A stretch of 64,000 nucleotides of DNA from contig CBDFLE010000006.1 of the NCBI GenBank assembly GCA_965248925.1, forward strand, positions 1,024,001 to 1,088,000. Reading direction: 5' to 3'. A model generated the notes under the pieces. That model was given only the letters and a program-made list of their open reading frames with translations. It did not search any database and was not told the origin of the DNA. Below are positions 60,530 through 64,000 of this stretch, piece by piece. Origin of the DNA: Candidatus Multivoradales bacterium (lineage in GTDB: Bacteria; Acidobacteriota; Thermoanaerobaculia; Multivoradales; J023). Numbering within the stretch: position 1 is the stretch's first letter; every line of letters begins with the position of its first letter. A program made the position numbers and the translations under genes.

Positions 60530-61845
60530 CCACCAACGCGGAGGTTCGCCTCTGGGGCCGCACCATCGGTGCGGTTTCGTTGTCCGACGACTCAACCCAC
60601 GCAACTTTCGAATACGACCTCGAATTCGCTCACAGCGGCATCGAGATTGCACCGCTCATGATGCCGCTGGCAGCACGGCGGATCTATGCCTTTCGCGAGC
60701 TACCGACCAGAAGCTTTCACGGTTTGCCGGGTCTGCTGGCAGATTCCCTACCTGACCGATTTGGCAATGCCCTGATCGAGGCATGGCTGGCCTCCGTTGG
60801 CCTTCCGGCCGAGAAGTTCAATGCCGTTCAAAGACTGTGCTATGCCGGTTCTCGGGCAATAGGAGCCCTTGAGTTCGAACCCGCGGAAGGTCCCGAACCG
60901 CAGCGATCGACAGAGATCCAAGTAGCTGCTCTGGTCGAACTCGCCGCCGAGGCGGTGGCAGATCGAGCCCAACTCCGCGGCTCTTTTTCCGATACCTCCA
61001 AGCAAGCCGCGATTCAAGACATCCTACGCGTCGGCACCTCTGCCGGTGGTGCCCGAGCCAAAGCGGTGATCGCTTGGAATCCGCAAACCAACGAGGTCCG
61101 ATCCGGACAGCTCGATAGCGGTAGCGGCTTTGAACATTGGCTACTCAAATTCGATGGAGTCACGGGTGACCGCGACAAAAACTCTGACGATTCGCAGGGG
61201 TTCGGCACCCTCGAATACGCCTACTACCTGATGGCCCTGGCGGCCGGTATCGAGATGAGCGAGTGCCGCCTGTTCGAGGAGAACGGCCGGCGCCATTTTA
61301 TGACCCGCCGATTCGACCGGCCTGCCAGCGGTGACAAGCTACACATGCAGTCGCTAGGCGCGCTGGCTCACTACGATTTCTACCTGGCCGGTGCCTACTC
61401 TTACGAGCAAGCGCTGCTGGTTCTTCGCCAGCTCGGTCTCTCGACCCGCGTGATCGAACAGCAATTTCGGCGGATGGCGTTCAACATTCTGGCGCGGAAT
61501 CAGGACGACCACGTCAAGAATATTGCTTTCCTGATGGATAGGACGGGCACCTGGACACTCTCACCGGCTTTCGACCTCACCTACAGCTTCAACCAGCGAG
61601 GCGAGTGGACCTCGGAACACCAAATGACCCTCAACGGCAAACGCCGTGGGTTTACCCTGGACGATTTCCGTCAATGCGCCAAAACGGCCGCCATGAAACG
61701 AGGCCGGGCTGAGATGTTGGTGGAGGAAGTCCACTCGGCAGTCGAGCGATGGCCTGAATTCGCGAGCCAGGCTGGTGTCACAGAGTCTAGGCAGAAGAGA
61801 ATCCAAGAGCAGCATAGGCTCGCATTGCTCTCTTCGGGCCGCTGA
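60526..61845 (+). CDS. hipA: HipA-family kinase toxin
   Basis: N-terminal FEY…DSLPDRFG, GTSAGGARAK P-loop, LLKFD, RRFDR, NQDDHVKN, LSPAFD. Confidence 0.92.
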   Translation: MTTNAEVRLWGRTIGAVSLSDDSTHATFEYDLEFAHSGIEIAPLMMPLAARRIYAFRELPTRSFHGLPGLLADSLPDRFGNALIEAWLASVGLPAEKFNAVQRLCYAGSRAIGALEFEPAEGPEPQRSTEIQVAALVELAAEAVADRAQLRGSFSDTSKQAAIQDILRVGTSAGGARAKAVIAWNPQTNEVRSGQLDSGSGFEHWLLKFDGVTGDRDKNSDDSQGFGTLEYAYYLMALAAGIEMSECRLFEENGRRHFMTRRFDRPASGDKLHMQSLGALAHYDFYLAGAYSYEQALLVLRQLGLSTRVIEQQFRRMAFNILARNQDDHVKNIAFLMDRTGTWTLSPAFDLTYSFNQRGEWTSEHQMTLNGKRRGFTLDDFRQCAKTAAMKRGRAEMLVEEVHSAVERWPEFASQAGVTESRQKRIQEQHRLALLSSGR

Positions 61846-61952
61846 CAGAGCAGCCGATAACTCGCTAAAGATGACGAGTTATCCAAGACACTTCTTTCTG
61901 GTCACCAAGACTGACGAGTTGGCGCGCTGAGCCGCTCCCACCAAGGAAGTAC

Positions 61953-62516
61953 CTACCAACCGCCACAGATCCGGCGCACCTCGCGCTCTAGCAAGCTCAA
62001 CAGGGCGACGTCGGGCTTGACGTTGGGGCGCAGTTCGCCGACCAGTCCGGCCAACCTTTCGATGGCTTGGGGGTGCCGGGCGAGAAAGCCCTCGACCGCC
62101 GAGCGCGGCCGGCGAGCCGCTTCGGACACCGCCCACCGGGTGAGGTCGGCTTGGTGGTGGAAAAGGTCGAGCCCCATCGCCTTGGCCACCTGCCGCCGCC
62201 AACGACTCTTCGGGTCAGCCTTGGCCGCCCAACGGCGGATGCGATCGAGGCCCAAGCGCTCACCGAGGAGAAAGTAAATCTTGCCGACCCGCTCGAATTC
62301 CTCATCGGCAGCACGGCCAATGCGCACGATATCGCCACAGCAGGCCAGATAGTCGAGAGCCGAGATCTGCTGGCTGAGACGCCTAGGAACCTTGGCCGTC
62401 TCGAAACGCTTGCGCCGCCGACGCACCTCCGCGCGGGCTCTGGCCGGCAACAGATCCTCCAAGTTGTCGGCCAACCCACCAATCGCCGCGCGGTAGGCGT
62501 CAACGTGTTTGGACAC
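61953..62516 (-). pseudogene. Fragment resembling the C-terminal helical domain of large NAD-glutamate dehydrogenases
   Basis: GDIV.I…VGKIYFLLGERLGLD…RW.RQ…DL…QADLT…PDVALLSL..REVR pattern; an in-frame stop lies just upstream and there is no catalytic domain. Confidence 0.6.
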
Positions 62517-62664
62517 CCGACTGTACCGCTCTTGCGCTCGTTTGCATTCCCTGCCTCGTAGCTACCCCGTACTCGAAGTCGCGCCCCGCAGCGCCGCTGC
62601 GAAGCCATGGACCAACTGGCCAACACCCTCACGCAATGTGCCCTCGAAACAGCTCTGGTCGACA

Positions 62665-63050
62665 GCCAAGTCAATGACCGCCGGTGAAATTTTTCGACGC
62701 CCGTTGTAACGAAGCCGGCCCATTTACGCCTATAGATACTGAAGCGATTCTCCGAAACCCGTGTCCGCGAAAGGAGCAAACCCCAATGCCGAGCCATCAC
62801 CTCCCTCTTGCCCTACCGGTTCTTCTACTCACCGCCCTGCTCGCCCTGCCATCCCCAACCCAGGCTCTCGACCTGAGCTTCGACAGCCATGCGGCCACCG
62901 CCGTCGGCCTGGCGGCCGACACCCCGGTGGCCGATATCGAGTGCTGGTGTCTATGGGCTGCACCCTCGATCGCGAGGCGTTCACAAGCGCGCACGAAAAC
63001 ACAACCCGCTGAACCCTAAGGAGGAAACATGAAATGCGCTGACCAGCCTT
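62665..63050 (+). pseudogene. Relic of a second Rhs locus (promoter, internally deleted secreted gene, Rhs start)
   Basis: 62665-62932 matches 25115-25382. 62951-63048 resembles 25845-25944, including stop, RBS and ATGAAA, and is then cut by TAG. Confidence 0.8.
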
Positions 63051-63160
63051 AGGCGCTCCTTGTAAGTCCGTAGAAAAGCAAGCCGAGATCTGCTAGCGTT
63101 TCCCTCGCTATCTGATTTCGCGCTAGATGGACCGCGATAAACTCCCAATTGGAGGCATGA

Positions 63161-63802
63161 ATGATGAAAGTACTCCCTACCCTGGCCGCGATCCTCGGCC
63201 TTCTCTTCTCCACGATCGCCGCCGCGCAGCAAGTCGCCGGTGAGCTGCCAGGCCTTTCGTATAAGTACGATAAGCAGGAAATTCCCAAACATATCCTGTT
63301 GCATCATTTTTTCCTAGCCGTCCCGACTCAACTCGAGCATTCGGGATCGACTGAGGTTCTGCTCCAATCAATCAACCTCAAAGATCCTCGGGTGTCTTCG
63401 ATTCTCCTCGCCGCAGCCAACCGATATCTTGATATCGTAACAAATGGTCAACCGATGATTGTGCGTGAAACACAGGAAGAGGACGGCTCGACAACGGTTC
63501 TGAAATATGGAGATTCAAGTGCTCCGGATTCGATTGAGCTAGCCGGTCTGGTGGGTGATGCCAGGATACAAGCAAATCACGAGCGGTCTCTAGACCGAGT
63601 GCGACATCTTGCTGAGATCTATGCAAGCCTGGATCGGGATCTGAAGACCATAGGTCTCGATACGAGTGGAATTGACATCTATCTGGACCGAGACCTGCGT
63701 ATGAACACTTCTGTAACGAGCGACAAGCCGTTTCTAGTGGGTAGTTCTGTCTGGGAAGTCGCTGAAACTTTCGAACGTCATTTCGCAACCCAAGAACACT
63801 GA
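63161..63802 (+). CDS. Secreted hypothetical protein
   Basis: GGAGG RBS, signal peptide (…STIAAA|Q), lower GC. Confidence 0.75.
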   Translation: MMKVLPTLAAILGLLFSTIAAAQQVAGELPGLSYKYDKQEIPKHILLHHFFLAVPTQLEHSGSTEVLLQSINLKDPRVSSILLAAANRYLDIVTNGQPMIVRETQEEDGSTTVLKYGDSSAPDSIELAGLVGDARIQANHERSLDRVRHLAEIYASLDRDLKTIGLDTSGIDIYLDRDLRMNTSVTSDKPFLVGSSVWEVAETFERHFATQEH

Positions 63803-63818
63803 ACAAAGGAGGCTTGCT

Positions 63819-64000
63819 ATGCGAAAGATTCGAATAATCACCGTGGTGGCTCTTTGTCTTCCGGCCGCTTCCCAAGCCATTGCTATCTCGGTTACCGCCC
63901 AGGCAATGGCGCCCAATTGCTCCCTCGCAGTACAGGTACAGTTCATTTATACAGTAGAAGTTACAGGCACTATTCCGGCGATCTGGGCAACCGAGCCGAT
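63819..64000 (+). CDS. Secreted hypothetical protein (partial)
   Basis: AAGGAGG RBS; MRKIRIITVVALCLPAASQAIA…; open to the window end. Confidence 0.65.
   Translation, partial: MRKIRIITVVALCLPAASQAIAISVTAQAMAPNCSLAVQVQFIYTVEVTGTIPAIWATEP

Overview
GC-rich bacterial chromosome segment. The gene repertoire (ECF/Ser-Thr kinase pairs, DUF4388, paired M16 peptidases) suggests an Acidobacteriota/Thermoanaerobaculia-like organism; this is inference. Core genes include a polysaccharide glycosyltransferase/WcaJ cluster, a MoxR-DUF58-transglutaminase operon, recA, an NhaC-family transporter, an HDAC-family protein, pyrF, rfbF, two M16 peptidases, an ECF/anti-sigma operon and htpG. The most notable items are: (1) a ~14.4 kb integrase-less island (22.4-36.8 kb) between diverged ~375 bp direct repeats. 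It holds an XRE-HTH/TPR regulator divergent from two catalytically degenerate PCD/DCoH-fold genes, twin palindromic operators and a terminator/antiterminator switch, followed by a signal-peptide Rhs toxin with two orphan toxin-immunity modules, one interrupted by an IS701-family element. (2) An ArsC-family gene with in-frame UGA at the catalytic Cys and a SECIS-like hairpin, i.e. a probable selenoprotein that the ORF track truncates. (3) A sigma54 activator + kinase-TPR + convergent lipoprotein module with a consensus sigma54 promoter, mirrored by a decayed ECF + kinase-TPR + convergent secreted-protein module. (4) A hipBA-like locus with palindromic operators, beside a relic of a second Rhs locus. 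No tRNA, rRNA or CRISPR array was recognised. All family calls come from motif recognition by eye, not database searches.
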